Assembly: GCA_963717145.1 (NCBI GenBank)
Contig: OY970325.1
Location: 5,280,001 to 5,344,000, forward strand
Length of the DNA: 64,000 nucleotides
Reading direction: 5' to 3'
DNA from: an uncultured Armatimonadetes bacterium
GTDB lineage: Bacteria > Armatimonadota > UBA5829 > DTJY01
Position numbers and translations under genes: made by a program. Below the pieces are notes generated by a model. It saw nothing but the letters and a program-made list of their open reading frames with translations. It was not told the DNA's origin and did no database searches. Shown one piece after another: positions 17,451-27,995 of the stretch. Position 1 is the stretch's first letter. Each line of letters opens with the position of its first letter.

Positions 17451-20400
17451 GTGAGACCGTTGATACCCGCTCTCCTTACTCTCATACTGGGTGTGTCTTG
17501 TTTCTCCGCTCCAATCGCCGTGTTCACGCCGGAGAAGAGCGAAGGGATCGAGTTGATCTCGACGGTCGAGGATGGGCAGTGGGAGACGAGGACCATCGCC
17601 GGTCGGGAGGCCGTCGCTGTCAAGCCGAACACCACTCCCGCCAGCCGCTACCTCTACTTCAGGCTCTCACCGGAGGCCAAGGGGAGGCTCGGCTCGGACG
17701 CGTATGTCGTGGTCGACTTCCTGAACCGGGGCGTCGGCCGGTTCGACGTGCAGTTCAACCACGCGGAGAACCCTTACGCCGGCGCAGGAGGATTCCTGCT
17801 CCTCGGGAACGAGGAGTGGGACCGCGGACTCGTGCGTCTCAATGGAGCGAAGTTTCAGGGTGCGCAGAACGGCGGCGCGGACTTCCGGCTCGCGGGTATC
17901 GGATCGCTGGCGGTGTCACGGCTGGAGATCTATGCCGAGGACCCGAAGCTCAATCTACCCTCAGATCAGGAGCGAATCATGAAGAACATAAAGCGAATCC
18001 CTCGACCGAAGGACATGTTCTACACGTTCGGCTGCGAGATCGACCAGGAATCCGCCGCCCTCTACAGCGCGATGGGCGTCACGAGCATCGAGAGCTACGT
18101 GACGTGGGAGAACTGCGAGCGCGCGGGCGAGGGGCAGTGGGACTGGACGCACTGGGATGCGACGGTCAAGGCACTGAAGGACAACGGCCTGAAGTGGGTG
18201 CCGTTCATCATCCTCAGCCCGGCATACTCGACGCCGAACTGGTTCCGCGCGGGCAAGGAGCACTTCCCCTGCCGATGCCTCGAGCACGGGACCGACAGCA
18301 AGATCGAGTCGCTCTGGAACCCGAACCTGCCGAAGTGGATCGACCGCTTCATCAAGGAGTTCGCCAAGCGCTATGGAGATACGGGCGTGATCGAGTCGGT
18401 GCTGCTCGGTATCCAGGGCGATTTCGGCGAGGCGATCTACTCGGTCTGGGGCGGCGGCTGGACGTTCAACGTCCCGGGCGAGTATCACAATCATCCCGGC
18501 TATTGGTGCGACGATCCGTATGCCCTCGCAGACTACCGCGAGTTCGTCGGGAAGCGCTACAAGACGGTGGCGGCGGTGAACAAGGCGTGGGGCAGCGACT
18601 TCAAGAGCCTATCAGAGGTCGATTTCCCTGGTCGGAAGGATGAGCTGACCGCATTCCAGCAGAAGGTAGAATCCGGCGATCCCGGCGCTCGTCGCCGATG
18701 GATCGACTTCATCGACTGGTATCGCGCCGCCATGACCGACTGGTCCGACTGGTGGATGGCGACCACCCGCAAGCATTTCCCCAAGACGCCAATCTACCTC
18801 TGCACCGGTGGAGACGCCGAGCCGCATCACGGCTCGAACTTCGCCGAGCAGACACGCGTCTCGGCCAAGCATGACGCCGGCGTGCGCATCACCAACGAGG
18901 CGTCGGACTACGCCGCCAACTTCGCGATCACGCGGTGGGTCGCGTCGGCGGGGAAGCATTACGGCGCATACTATGGCTTCGAGCCGGCGGGCGCTGAGGA
19001 CGAGAAGGGCATCGTCGCCCGAATCTACAACGCCACCGCATCCGGCGCGAACCAGCTTCACGACTATGCGCCGAACGTGACTCAGTCGCAGGAACGGATG
19101 GACGCCCAGCGCGAGCACCTAGAGTATCTCTTCCACGTGAAGGAGCCGGTCGTTCCGGTCGCGCTCTGGTATCCGAACGTCTCGCTGACCCTGAAGTGGG
19201 GCGGCTACATCGAGAAGGCGGCGCAACTCAGAGACTACACCGATTTCGACTACATCGACGAGACGATGCTCCGCACCGGCGCGCTCGATCGGCACAAGCT
19301 GCTGATCATCCTCCACGGCGAGGTCATGGAGCCGTCGGATGCGAAGAAGATCGCCGCCTGGGTGAAGAAGGGCGGACGAGTCGTCGTCATGGACGTTCCG
19401 AAGTTCGAGAGCGTGGAGGGAACTCATGAGCCGGAGAAGGTGCTCTTCAGCAACACCGGTAACGACCGTAGACTCGGCAAAGGACATATCACCCGTGTCA
19501 ACGGCTGGCATCACATGGCGAGTGTTGCTGTCGATATGCTTCGTGAGATCGGCCTTCCCGTCTGTGACTGGAAGAAGGACGGCATCTTCGTCACCCAGAT
19601 CGATCCGGACCGCTGGCTCTTCCTGAACACGACCGACAAGGAATCGATCATCCATATCGACCTTCCGAATGGCAGGAGCAGACCGGTGGCCAAGCCGGGC
19701 ACGATCACCGATGTCGACCTCAGCAAGTCCACGGAGATCGTCATCATCGGCACTATCCATGGCGGACACAACGACAACAAGCGCTACACCGGCGATCATG
19801 TCAAGAGGATCCTCGTCGATCTCAATCCGGCGGTGATTTGCACTGAGTCTCTCAGCGTCTACTACAACGCCGATGGCACAATGAAGAAGGAGATCGTCGG
19901 GAACACAGGCTTCCCCGAAAACGCCGCGGTGGACAGGGCGTCCAGGGCTCTGGGGATCAAGTCCGTTCCTTTCGACAGGGACGATAGAGACGAATACTAC
20001 CAGAAGACCCGCTACTTTGAACGGCAGCAGGCGGTCAACAACCGACTCAATTCATGGATCAAGGAGCTGCAGATCGAGGATCCGGAAGATCCGAGTCTGA
20101 AGGCTGTCCAGTTGGCAGAAGCCATCGAGGACCAGGAGCGCTCCTTCACGTCGCGGGCATCCGCCGATATGATCAATTCCGATGCATTCGACGGTGTGAT
20201 CAGAAGCAAGAAGCTGGCAGAGGATATGGCGATGGCAGCGATCCTCCGGCATTCCGAGAACGAGGAGCTGACTCCTGAGATGGAGTTCCTGGAGCAGGAA
20301 TGGGTCGAGCGCAACCGCATAATGGCCGACAACGTCATGAAGGTCGCCGCCCGGTATCCCGGCAAGCGGATCGCGGTTGTCACAGGGGCCTCACACCGCT

Positions 20401-20480
20401 ACATACTCCGCGACCTGCTCTCGGAACGCCCAGGAGTCATCCTCAAGGAGTTCTGGCAGGTGAAACGGGTCACCGACTAG
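17451..20480 (+). CDS. Secreted GH14/GH42-like glycoside hydrolase fused to C-terminal TraB/Tiki/ChaN-like domain
   Basis: GTG start with AGGAGG; signal peptide; ESYVTW..GEGQWDW, LGIQGDFGEAIY; C-terminal IIGTIH..P.VICTE..W.ERN..M..RI.V.TGASH. Confidence 0.7.
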   Translation: MRPLIPALLTLILGVSCFSAPIAVFTPEKSEGIELISTVEDGQWETRTIAGREAVAVKPNTTPASRYLYFRLSPEAKGRLGSDAYVVVDFLNRGVGRFDVQFNHAENPYAGAGGFLLLGNEEWDRGLVRLNGAKFQGAQNGGADFRLAGIGSLAVSRLEIYAEDPKLNLPSDQERIMKNIKRIPRPKDMFYTFGCEIDQESAALYSAMGVTSIESYVTWENCERAGEGQWDWTHWDATVKALKDNGLKWVPFIILSPAYSTPNWFRAGKEHFPCRCLEHGTDSKIESLWNPNLPKWIDRFIKEFAKRYGDTGVIESVLLGIQGDFGEAIYSVWGGGWTFNVPGEYHNHPGYWCDDPYALADYREFVGKRYKTVAAVNKAWGSDFKSLSEVDFPGRKDELTAFQQKVESGDPGARRRWIDFIDWYRAAMTDWSDWWMATTRKHFPKTPIYLCTGGDAEPHHGSNFAEQTRVSAKHDAGVRITNEASDYAANFAITRWVASAGKHYGAYYGFEPAGAEDEKGIVARIYNATASGANQLHDYAPNVTQSQERMDAQREHLEYLFHVKEPVVPVALWYPNVSLTLKWGGYIEKAAQLRDYTDFDYIDETMLRTGALDRHKLLIILHGEVMEPSDAKKIAAWVKKGGRVVVMDVPKFESVEGTHEPEKVLFSNTGNDRRLGKGHITRVNGWHHMASVAVDMLREIGLPVCDWKKDGIFVTQIDPDRWLFLNTTDKESIIHIDLPNGRSRPVAKPGTITDVDLSKSTEIVIIGTIHGGHNDNKRYTGDHVKRILVDLNPAVICTESLSVYYNADGTMKKEIVGNTGFPENAAVDRASRALGIKSVPFDRDDRDEYYQKTRYFERQQAVNNRLNSWIKELQIEDPEDPSLKAVQLAEAIEDQERSFTSRASADMINSDAFDGVIRSKKLAEDMAMAAILRHSENEELTPEMEFLEQEWVERNRIMADNVMKVAARYPGKRIAVVTGASHRYILRDLLSERPGVILKEFWQVKRVTD

Positions 20481-20523
20481 CATTTCCGGCCAAAACCCGG
20501 TAGTATGTTGTCATCTACCTGTA

Positions 20524-20549
20524 AGGATTTCGGCCTGGGCGTGCCGAAT
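20524..20549 (+). promoter_or_regulatory. SigH-like promoter of hisA
   Basis: AGGATTT-N12-GCCGAAT. Confidence 0.5.
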
Positions 20550-20586
20550 ATAGAATATGGCTCCGATACTACCAGGAAGGACCGCA

Positions 20587-21363
20587 ATGAAATTCAGGCC
20601 CTGTATCGACTTACATGACGGAGTGGTCAAGCAAATCGTAGGCGGCTCGCTGACCGAGGACGGGAAGAAGCTCGTCACGAACTTCAAGTCGCCTTTCCGC
20701 GCAGGCTTCTACGCTCTCAAGTTCAAGAGTGACGATCTCTCAGGCGGCCACATCATAATGCTGAACCCCGACCCGCTGAACGCCGCAGCTGCGGTGGACG
20801 CCCTCATGGCATGGCCGGATGCGTTTCAGCTCGGTGGAGGACTCAACCCCGAGAATGCTCCAGGCTGGCTCGACCGGGGCGCGGCGGCCATCATCGTCAC
20901 GTCCTACGTGTTCCGCGATGGCGAGGTGAATCTCGTCAATCTCAAGAAGATGGTCGAATCAGTTGGTAAGGATAAGCTCGTTCTCGACCTGAGCTGTCGG
21001 AAGTGGGATGGCCGCTACTATATCGTCACGGATCGATGGCAGAAGTTCACCCAGGTCGAGATCACCCCGGCGAACCTCGACATGCTATCGAAGCACTGCT
21101 CCGAGTTCCTGATCCATGCTGCCGATATCGAGGGCCTTTCCATCGGGATAGACACGGAACTCGTGAAGAAGCTCGGCGATTGGCAAGGCATACCGATCAC
21201 TTACGCAGGTGGGATCAAGAGCATGGAGGACGTCTACCTCATCCGTGAACTCGCCGGCGAGAGGCTCGATTTCACCGTGGGCAGCGCTCTCGACCTCTAC
21301 GGAGGCAAGGGAATCGCCTACAAGGACCTGGTGGCCTTTAACAATGAGAAGGTAGCTGCGTAG
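20587..21363 (+). CDS. hisA: ProFAR isomerase, His6 (eukaryote-like) type
   Basis: MKFRPCIDLHDGVVKQIVGGSL, LVLDLSCR, TDRWQ, EFLIHA.D.EG, TYAGG, TVGSALD.GG. Confidence 0.9.
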   Translation: MKFRPCIDLHDGVVKQIVGGSLTEDGKKLVTNFKSPFRAGFYALKFKSDDLSGGHIIMLNPDPLNAAAAVDALMAWPDAFQLGGGLNPENAPGWLDRGAAAIIVTSYVFRDGEVNLVNLKKMVESVGKDKLVLDLSCRKWDGRYYIVTDRWQKFTQVEITPANLDMLSKHCSEFLIHAADIEGLSIGIDTELVKKLGDWQGIPITYAGGIKSMEDVYLIRELAGERLDFTVGSALDLYGGKGIAYKDLVAFNNEKVAA

Positions 21364-21417
21364 CTTCCATCGAATGTACTGTCTAACCGGTTTGCCGAGA
21401 ACACAGCGGAGGGTACC

Positions 21418-21660
21418 GTGACCGAGCGATTGATCAGACTGCGACTCGAGAGACTTCCTGAGGATGTATACCTCGCTACGAGCGATGATCTTCCCGGATT
21501 ACTCGCACAGGGCCGTACTATCGCCGAGACAATCGAGGTGGCGCAGGATGTGGCCCGGAAGCTGATCGAGTCGTACATAGAACACGGCGATGCGCTGCCC
21601 GAGGGCCTGTCCGCAGAGCTTCCGCCCGAATTCGAACTCTCGATCCCGGTGGCCGCCTGA
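21418..21660 (+). CDS. hicB: HicB family antitoxin
   Basis: YLATSDDLPGLLAQGRTIAE..A motif. Confidence 0.85.
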   Translation: MTERLIRLRLERLPEDVYLATSDDLPGLLAQGRTIAETIEVAQDVARKLIESYIEHGDALPEGLSAELPPEFELSIPVAA

Positions 21661-21884
21661 TGGGCCGACTCGCAGGAATCTCCGCATCCGAAGTAATCCG
21701 AAAGCTGCGAGCCGCCGGCTTCACCTTTGATCGGATGGCCAAAGGGAGCCACGAGATCTGGCTCAATCCTTCCACACGAGCCCGAGTTACGGTGCCGAAC
21801 CACCCTGGCGGTCTGCCTGAGGGTACAGTACGCGCCATCGTGAAGCAGTCCGGCATTGGCTTAGACAGATTCCTCAGCCTCTAG
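21660..21884 (+). CDS. hicA: HicA family toxin
   Basis: GF..R..GSHEIW..TVPNH..GT...I; overlaps the hicB stop. Confidence 0.9.
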   Translation: MGRLAGISASEVIRKLRAAGFTFDRMAKGSHEIWLNPSTRARVTVPNHPGGLPEGTVRAIVKQSGIGLDRFLSL

Positions 21885-22051
21885 CGTCATGTCACGAACT
21901 TCCCCAACCTTCGTTGATTTTGCTCACCATTGTGTGCTAACCTATCGCACAGGCAGTTGCGTCTAAACATGGGAGAATCGCGCGATGCCCCCCGTCCCGT
22001 GTACTTCGTAGTATATTGCGCCTCACCCCTGCAGGAAAGGCAATCTGGTTT

Positions 22052-23446
22052 ATGCGAACATATCGGTTAATATCGCTGATGCTGATGGCGACACTGGCTT
22101 CCGGCGTCCTCCATGCTGCGGACGCTCCGCCGGAGAAGCTCTCTCTGACTGATGCGGTGTCGATGGCCCTGGGAGAGAACCCCAATCTGAAGCAGTCCGA
22201 GGAGAGCTATCTGTCGGCGCGGTCGGAACTCCGCATCGCAAACGTCGAAGCGACATACGGCGTCGGGAGCGAGACGCAGATGGAGGAGTCGCCCAATACC
22301 TCCGGCCTCTCCGGACGTGTTTTCGGGAGTCTGAACTACTTCAATAGACTCGGCACCGAGGCTTCCCTGGACGTTTCCCCTTTCGGCATGGGTAGCCAGC
22401 GTGGCTCGATAGGCCTCTCGATACGGCATCCACTCGCGGGTGGCAGAGGCCGCTTGTCCGATAAGGCCAATCTCGTCCTTGGGGCACAGAGTGCTTCCGC
22501 CGTCCAGAGCCGCCAGTTCTACCAATCTCGGCAGGCCACCGTTTCCGCGGTCATCGATGCCTATTACCAGGCGGTCCTGGCGACCGAGCGCATCAAGGTG
22601 CAGGAGAAGGCCGTGAAGATCGCAGAGGAGGCCCTCGATGGCGCGAAGAAGCGACTGGACGCGAGACTCGTGACGGGTCTCGAGGTCTCCCGCGCGGAGA
22701 CGAACCTTGCTCAGACCAAAGATGCGCTTAACCTCCAGCACCAGACCGCGCGAGGGGCAGTCGACCGGCTGATGATCGCCGTCGGAGTCGGTGTCGGTCG
22801 GACTCTCGAGCTGACCGACGGCATCCCGGAATCGGGACTGAACGTCGTGGACCTGGGTACGGCGATCGACACGGCTCTCCAGAATCGTTCGGAACTTGCG
22901 GTCTATGATTGGCGTCTTTCAGATCAGGAACGCCGTCTGGCGGTCGCCGAGGATCAGATGCGGCCGAGAGTCGATGCGGTCATCGGCTATCGGTCACAGA
23001 ATGAAAGTACAGGGGCCATTTCGACGTCACTCTTCAATTCGGGGTCGCTCACGGCGGGCTTCGAGGTCAACCTCCCGCTGGACAGGGTCACGAGGGTGGA
23101 AGAGCGCGACACAACCGCTCGGGGGATCGAAGTGCTGAAGGAACTGCGCGCCTACAGAGCGGACCAGATTATCGAGGAGGTCCGCCGTGCCTATCGATCA
23201 CTCGATGCGACGCAGACCTCGCTATCGATCTACAGCCAGAACCTCCAGGCGGCGAACGAGCAGCTCTATCTGGCCCAACGCATGGTGCTGGAAGGCCTGG
23301 GATCAAACCGCGAGGTTCAGGATGCGCAGAACTCACTGACGCGTGTGGAGAGCGGACTGCTCGCCGCCAAGACCGACCTTTATCTCGCCGGCGTGGAACT
23401 GATGTACGCCATGGGCGAAGACTTGTCAACGGTGGTATTGAAATGA
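22052..23446 (+). CDS. TolC family outer membrane efflux protein
   Basis: Signal peptide, LSL.DAV..AL..NP, two OEP helical repeats; heads an operon with adaptor and ABC genes. Confidence 0.85.
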   Translation: MRTYRLISLMLMATLASGVLHAADAPPEKLSLTDAVSMALGENPNLKQSEESYLSARSELRIANVEATYGVGSETQMEESPNTSGLSGRVFGSLNYFNRLGTEASLDVSPFGMGSQRGSIGLSIRHPLAGGRGRLSDKANLVLGAQSASAVQSRQFYQSRQATVSAVIDAYYQAVLATERIKVQEKAVKIAEEALDGAKKRLDARLVTGLEVSRAETNLAQTKDALNLQHQTARGAVDRLMIAVGVGVGRTLELTDGIPESGLNVVDLGTAIDTALQNRSELAVYDWRLSDQERRLAVAEDQMRPRVDAVIGYRSQNESTGAISTSLFNSGSLTAGFEVNLPLDRVTRVEERDTTARGIEVLKELRAYRADQIIEEVRRAYRSLDATQTSLSIYSQNLQAANEQLYLAQRMVLEGLGSNREVQDAQNSLTRVESGLLAAKTDLYLAGVELMYAMGEDLSTVVLK

Positions 23447-24843
23447 AACAGATTATCAAAGCCTGGGCGCCACGCACCATCATGATAGTGATACTGGTGT
23501 TTGCAGGCCAGCAGTGGGGCATGCCGCTCTACAAGCAATACTTTACTCCGAAGAGTACCGAGGTCTACATCCCGACGTCCAAGGTCAAAGCGGGCGGGTT
23601 CATGGTCAGCTTCCACGAGATCGGAACTCTCGATGCGGAACGGTCCGTGGCGGTCAACTCCGGTATCAACGGCAAGATCATCACGCTTGTTGACGAGGGC
23701 ACTGTGGTCAAAGCCGGCGACGAGATCGCGGTCCTCGACACCGAAGACCTCGAACGCGAGGTCAACAGCGCGACTCTTGAGTATGAGAACCAGATGGCGG
23801 ACGTGAAGCGCGCCAATGAGGAACTCGCGCTGCTCCAGGAGTCCAACAGGATCGACAAGGAGCAGACCGAGGCCCAGCTCAACTTCGACCAGAGTGAGCT
23901 GCAGATCGCCCAGCAGGACTTGGAGAAAAAGACGCGGCTGGCTGACGAGAAACTGATACCCGGCACGCAGGTGGACCAGGCCGAGGCCGTGAAGCGCTCC
24001 AAAGAACTTGCAGTCAAGAAGGACCAGGCACAGCTCGAGTTGAAGCTGAAGGAGATAAAGTCAAAGGAAGATCAGAAGCAGGCCGAGATAGGCAACCTGG
24101 GTTTCCGCGCCAAGATGGCAAAACGGAGTCTCGACCGCGTGAGCGAGCGCATGGGTGGTGCGACGATCCTGGCTCCCGCTCCGGGCCTCGTCGTGCTGTC
24201 CAAGACATATGACAGCGGAAGCCGACGGCCGATCCGGGAAGGTGATGACGTGGATCCGCGCGAGGCGTTGTGCCAACTGCCGGACCTGTCGAGCATGCTG
24301 GTCAGGGTCCAGGTCGGGGAGGCTGACGCCCCGAAGGTGACCCTCGGCATGCCGGTACTCATCCGGCTCGAGGCCGCGCCCAAGAAGATCTACCACGGCT
24401 CCGTCAAAGGCATATCCGCTCTCGCAACCGAGGGCAATCCCTGGGAAGGCGGCACGCCCGGGAAGCGGAATTTCGAGGTGCAGGTCGCGGTCGCTGAGCG
24501 CGATCCCTCGACTATCAAGCCCGGCATGACGGCTGACGTGGAGTTCGTCGTCGACCAGCTCAAGTCGGCGATCTTCGTTCCGATCGAGTCGGTCATCGAG
24601 CAGAACGGCAAGACCTTTGCTTTCATCAGGGAAGGCAGCCGATACGAAAAAGTGCCGGTAAAGACCGGTAAGAGCAACGACAACTTCATCTGCATCACCC
24701 ATGGGCTCAAGGCTGGGCAGACAGTGGCGCTCAGGGATCCGACTCGCGATCTCGAGCAGCAGGAAGCCGGCAGCAAAGCTCCGGGCGCCAACAAAGAGAA
24801 GGACAAGAAACAGGCAGCGCCGATACCGGGCGCCAACCAGTAG
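23443..24843 (+). CDS. Periplasmic adaptor subunit (MacA/HlyD-like)
   Basis: GKI..LV.EG..VKAGD, coiled coil, I.AP..G.V, KPGMTA. Confidence 0.85.
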   Translation: MKQIIKAWAPRTIMIVILVFAGQQWGMPLYKQYFTPKSTEVYIPTSKVKAGGFMVSFHEIGTLDAERSVAVNSGINGKIITLVDEGTVVKAGDEIAVLDTEDLEREVNSATLEYENQMADVKRANEELALLQESNRIDKEQTEAQLNFDQSELQIAQQDLEKKTRLADEKLIPGTQVDQAEAVKRSKELAVKKDQAQLELKLKEIKSKEDQKQAEIGNLGFRAKMAKRSLDRVSERMGGATILAPAPGLVVLSKTYDSGSRRPIREGDDVDPREALCQLPDLSSMLVRVQVGEADAPKVTLGMPVLIRLEAAPKKIYHGSVKGISALATEGNPWEGGTPGKRNFEVQVAVAERDPSTIKPGMTADVEFVVDQLKSAIFVPIESVIEQNGKTFAFIREGSRYEKVPVKTGKSNDNFICITHGLKAGQTVALRDPTRDLEQQEAGSKAPGANKEKDKKQAAPIPGANQ

Positions 24844-24851
24844 GGAGCAGT

Positions 24852-26156
24852 ATGGGAGTTATTGACGCGATCCGAACCGGCCTGTCCGAGCTTCTTTCCC
24901 ACAAAATGCGGTCGATGCTCACCATGCTCGGCGTCATCTTCGGCGTTGCTGCGGTCATTGCAATGGTCTCGATCGGTGAGGGCGCAAAGCAGGAGGCACT
25001 GGCGCAGATTCGGCTCATGGGCATAGACGTCGTGCACATCAAGCGCGCACTGACGAGCGGGGAACTTGCGGAGAAGGCACAGGAGCGCTCACCTTACGGG
25101 CTGAAGTACGCCGACTGTGAGAGCATACGTCAGGTCTGCAGCTTTGCCCGACAGGTTATCCCCTTGCGCGAGGTCTTCGCTGATGTGAGAGTCGGGGAGA
25201 CACCGGTCGCGGTCAAGGTCGTCGGCACCGTCCCCGGCTATGAGGACGTGACGCACTCCAATGTATCCCGCGGGCGGTTCCTGAACGAGCGCGACATCCG
25301 CGATCGAATGATGGTGTGTGTGATCGGCGCAGCCGCGAAGAGGGAACTCTTCGGGTTCGACGAGCCGATCGGCGAGATGGTCACGATCGGTCGCGAGTTG
25401 TTCCGCGTCGTCGGCATAATGGAAGCCAAGGAAGTAGGATCGGCGAAGGCCCTCTCGGCCCTGCGTGACCTGAACTCGGACATCTATATTCCCATCACGA
25501 TTTCGCTGTCCGACTTCCAGGTTTCGTCTCAGGAGTCGATTCCCTCCGACTACATCAAGCTGAGGCAGATCGCCTGGCGTCTGCGCAATAAGCCGAGCCT
25601 CGACAAGAGCCCGATCACCGAGGTGATCGTTCAGGTGGAAAACGAGGGAGCGACAGTGCCCACAGCGTCCGTCGTCCGATCGGTGCTCGATCGTCTGCAC
25701 CGAGGGATCCGCGACTACGAGATCATCATCCCGGCTGAGCTGCTGCGTCAGAGCCAGCAGACCCAGCGGATCTTCAATATCGTCATGGCGGCGATTGCTT
25801 CGATCTCGCTGCTCGTCGGTGGAATCGGCATCATGAACATCATGCTCGCGACGGTGACCCAGCGCACCCGAGAGATCGGCGTGCGGCGCTGCATCGGTGC
25901 AACGAGATGGGATATCATCCGTCAGTTCATGGTGGAGGCTTTGGTCATCACATGCGCCGGCGGCCTGATCGGTGTCGCACTCGGGATAGGCGGTGCGCGC
26001 GCGATCTCGGTATACGCGAATTGGAGCACGGTGGTGTCGATGCAGGCGGTCGTGTTGGCGTTTGGTGTCTCGGCGATCGTCGGCATAGTGTTCGGGCTGT
26101 ATCCGGCCGCACGAGCCGCCGCCGTCGACCCGATCGAAGCACTCCGATATTCGTAA
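24852..26156 (+). CDS. MacB/FtsX-family ABC permease
   Basis: RSMLTMLGVIFGVAAV, SLLVGGIGIMNIML..V..RTREIG, FGLYPA..AA..DP.EALR. Confidence 0.9.
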   Translation: MGVIDAIRTGLSELLSHKMRSMLTMLGVIFGVAAVIAMVSIGEGAKQEALAQIRLMGIDVVHIKRALTSGELAEKAQERSPYGLKYADCESIRQVCSFARQVIPLREVFADVRVGETPVAVKVVGTVPGYEDVTHSNVSRGRFLNERDIRDRMMVCVIGAAAKRELFGFDEPIGEMVTIGRELFRVVGIMEAKEVGSAKALSALRDLNSDIYIPITISLSDFQVSSQESIPSDYIKLRQIAWRLRNKPSLDKSPITEVIVQVENEGATVPTASVVRSVLDRLHRGIRDYEIIIPAELLRQSQQTQRIFNIVMAAIASISLLVGGIGIMNIMLATVTQRTREIGVRRCIGATRWDIIRQFMVEALVITCAGGLIGVALGIGGARAISVYANWSTVVSMQAVVLAFGVSAIVGIVFGLYPAARAAAVDPIEALRYS

Positions 26157-26158
26157 AG

Positions 26159-26234
26159 CATGGTTGATGGTTGATGGTTCATGGTTGATGTGGAGCCATT
26201 CCCCATTGACCATAGACCATGAACCATCAACCAT
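26159..26234. repeat. Inverted heptamer array
   Basis: ATGGTTG tandem followed by CCATNNA tandem. Confidence 0.8.
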
Positions 26235-26246
26235 AAAGGGTTTTCC

Positions 26247-27005
26247 ATGTCACTTATTCTGGTCAAAGACCTTACCAAAACGTACTTTATCGGCAAGATC
26301 GAAGTGCCGGCGTTGAGGGGAGTATCCTTTCGCGTCGAGCCGGGCGAGTTCGTCGCCGTCATGGGCCCGTCCGGATCGGGCAAGTCCACGCTGATGAACC
26401 TGATCGGATGCCTCGACAAGCCGACCTCGGGCACTTACGTCCTCGATGGACAGGATGTGAGCCGCCTGAGCGATGCCGCCCGAGCCGCCATCCGCAATCG
26501 CAAGATCGGGTTCGTCTTCCAGAGCTTCAACCTGCTCCCCAGGATGTCGGCGCTGAAGAACACCGGCCTGCCCATGATGTATTCCAGCGGACGAAGAGAC
26601 AGCCAGGCGCCAAGGCGGGCCCTGGTAGCCGTCGGCCTCGAGAAACGTATGTACCACACTCCCATGGAACTCTCAGGTGGCGAGCAGCAGCGTGTGGCCA
26701 TTGCACGCGCTCTGGTGAACGATCCGCCCGTCATCTTCGGGGACGAGCCGACCGGTAACCTCGATACCGCGACCAGCACGGAGATCATGGCGATCTTCCA
26801 GAAGTTGAACGAGGAGGGGAAGACGGTCGTCATCGTCACGCATGAGACCGATATCGCTCAGCACTGCAAACGCATCCTTCGATTTCGTGATGGACTGCTC
26901 GAGTCGGACGAATTGGTGGCCGAGCAGATCATCGCCCAGCCCTCGGAGTGCGGTGGCTCGACACCGCTTTTGCCGGACCCGCCGTGTCAAGCCACGGCTC
27001 AGTAA
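26247..27005 (+). CDS. ABC transporter ATP-binding protein (LolD/MacB-like)
   Basis: [32 protein letters not shown]; last ~21 residues are repeat-derived. Confidence 0.9.
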   Translation: MSLILVKDLTKTYFIGKIEVPALRGVSFRVEPGEFVAVMGPSGSGKSTLMNLIGCLDKPTSGTYVLDGQDVSRLSDAARAAIRNRKIGFVFQSFNLLPRMSALKNTGLPMMYSSGRRDSQAPRRALVAVGLEKRMYHTPMELSGGEQQRVAIARALVNDPPVIFGDEPTGNLDTATSTEIMAIFQKLNEEGKTVVIVTHETDIAQHCKRILRFRDGLLESDELVAEQIIAQPSECGGSTPLLPDPPCQATAQ

Positions 27006-27035
27006 AGCGGTGTCGAGCCACCGCACTCCGAGGGC
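26939..27035. repeat. GGAGTGCGG-family palindrome (perfect 32-bp arms)
   Basis: 26939-26970 is the reverse complement of 27004-27035; relatives at 40870, 43821, 45440. Confidence 0.9.
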
Positions 27036-27125
27036 GGTGTCGAGCCGCCGGATTCCAAGGGGAAGGATACCGCTCGCCGGTGGTGTAATGAAACCGTAAC
27101 ACTCCATTCGAAACGAGGATGACAC

Positions 27126-27891
27126 ATGGCCAGCTCACAAATCGCTGCTCAACTGTACACACTGCGCGAGTTCACTAAGACTCCTGCCGAGATTGCCGAC
27201 ACGATGAAGAAGGTCGCCCAGATTGGCTACGAATCGGTACAGGTCTCAGGCATGGGGAAGATCGACCCGCATGAGCTGAGGAAGATCGTCGATGGCGAGG
27301 GGCTCACGATCTGCTCGACCCACACTTCCTACGACCGCATGAAGAACGAGACCGCCGCCGTCATCGAGGAGCACCACGTGATCGGCTGCAAGCATCCGGC
27401 GGTACGCCAGTATCCCTCAGCAGTTTCGCAACGCTGAGGGATTTCACACGTTCGCGAAAGAAGCCTCCGAGGTGGCACAGAAACTGGCCGAGGGTGGGCT
27501 GACCTGGAGCTACCACAACCACAGCTTCGAACTCGAGAAGTTCGGCGACAAGATCGGCCTCGAGATCCTGCGCTCCGAGAGCGACCCGAAGTACTTCTTC
27601 CTGGAGATCGATACCTACTGGATCCAGCACGGCGGCGGAGACTCGGCGGAGTGGATCACGAAGTGCAAGGGACGCGCTCCGTTGCTCCACCTGAAGGACA
27701 TGGGCAATCAGGGCGGTCAGCCGCTCATGATGGAGATCGGCGAGGGTAACCTCAACTGGCCCAAGATCCTCGATGCCGCCAAGAAATCCGGAGTCGAGTG
27801 GTACATCATCGAGCAGGATGTTTGCCAGCGCGACCCGTTCGAGAGCCTGGCGATCAGCCTGCGGAATCTGAACGCGATGGGGCTAGTGTAG
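27126..27891 (+). CDS. Sugar phosphate isomerase/epimerase (AP endonuclease 2 TIM barrel); frameshift near 27404
   Basis: QLYTLR, YHNHSFE, EIDTYW, LLHLKD, IGEG.LNW, IIEQD spread over two frames. Confidence 0.85.
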
Positions 27892-27894
27892 AGA

Positions 27895-27985
27895 ATGGTT
27901 GATGGGGAATGGTTAATGGTTAATGGGGATGATCCGGTCTGCCATCTGCCATCAACCATCAACCATCAAGCATCTCCCATTCCCC
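27895..27985. repeat. Inverted heptamer array
   Basis: ATGGTTG/ATGGGGA units and complement. Confidence 0.75.
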
Positions 27986-27995
27986 CTGGAGTGCC

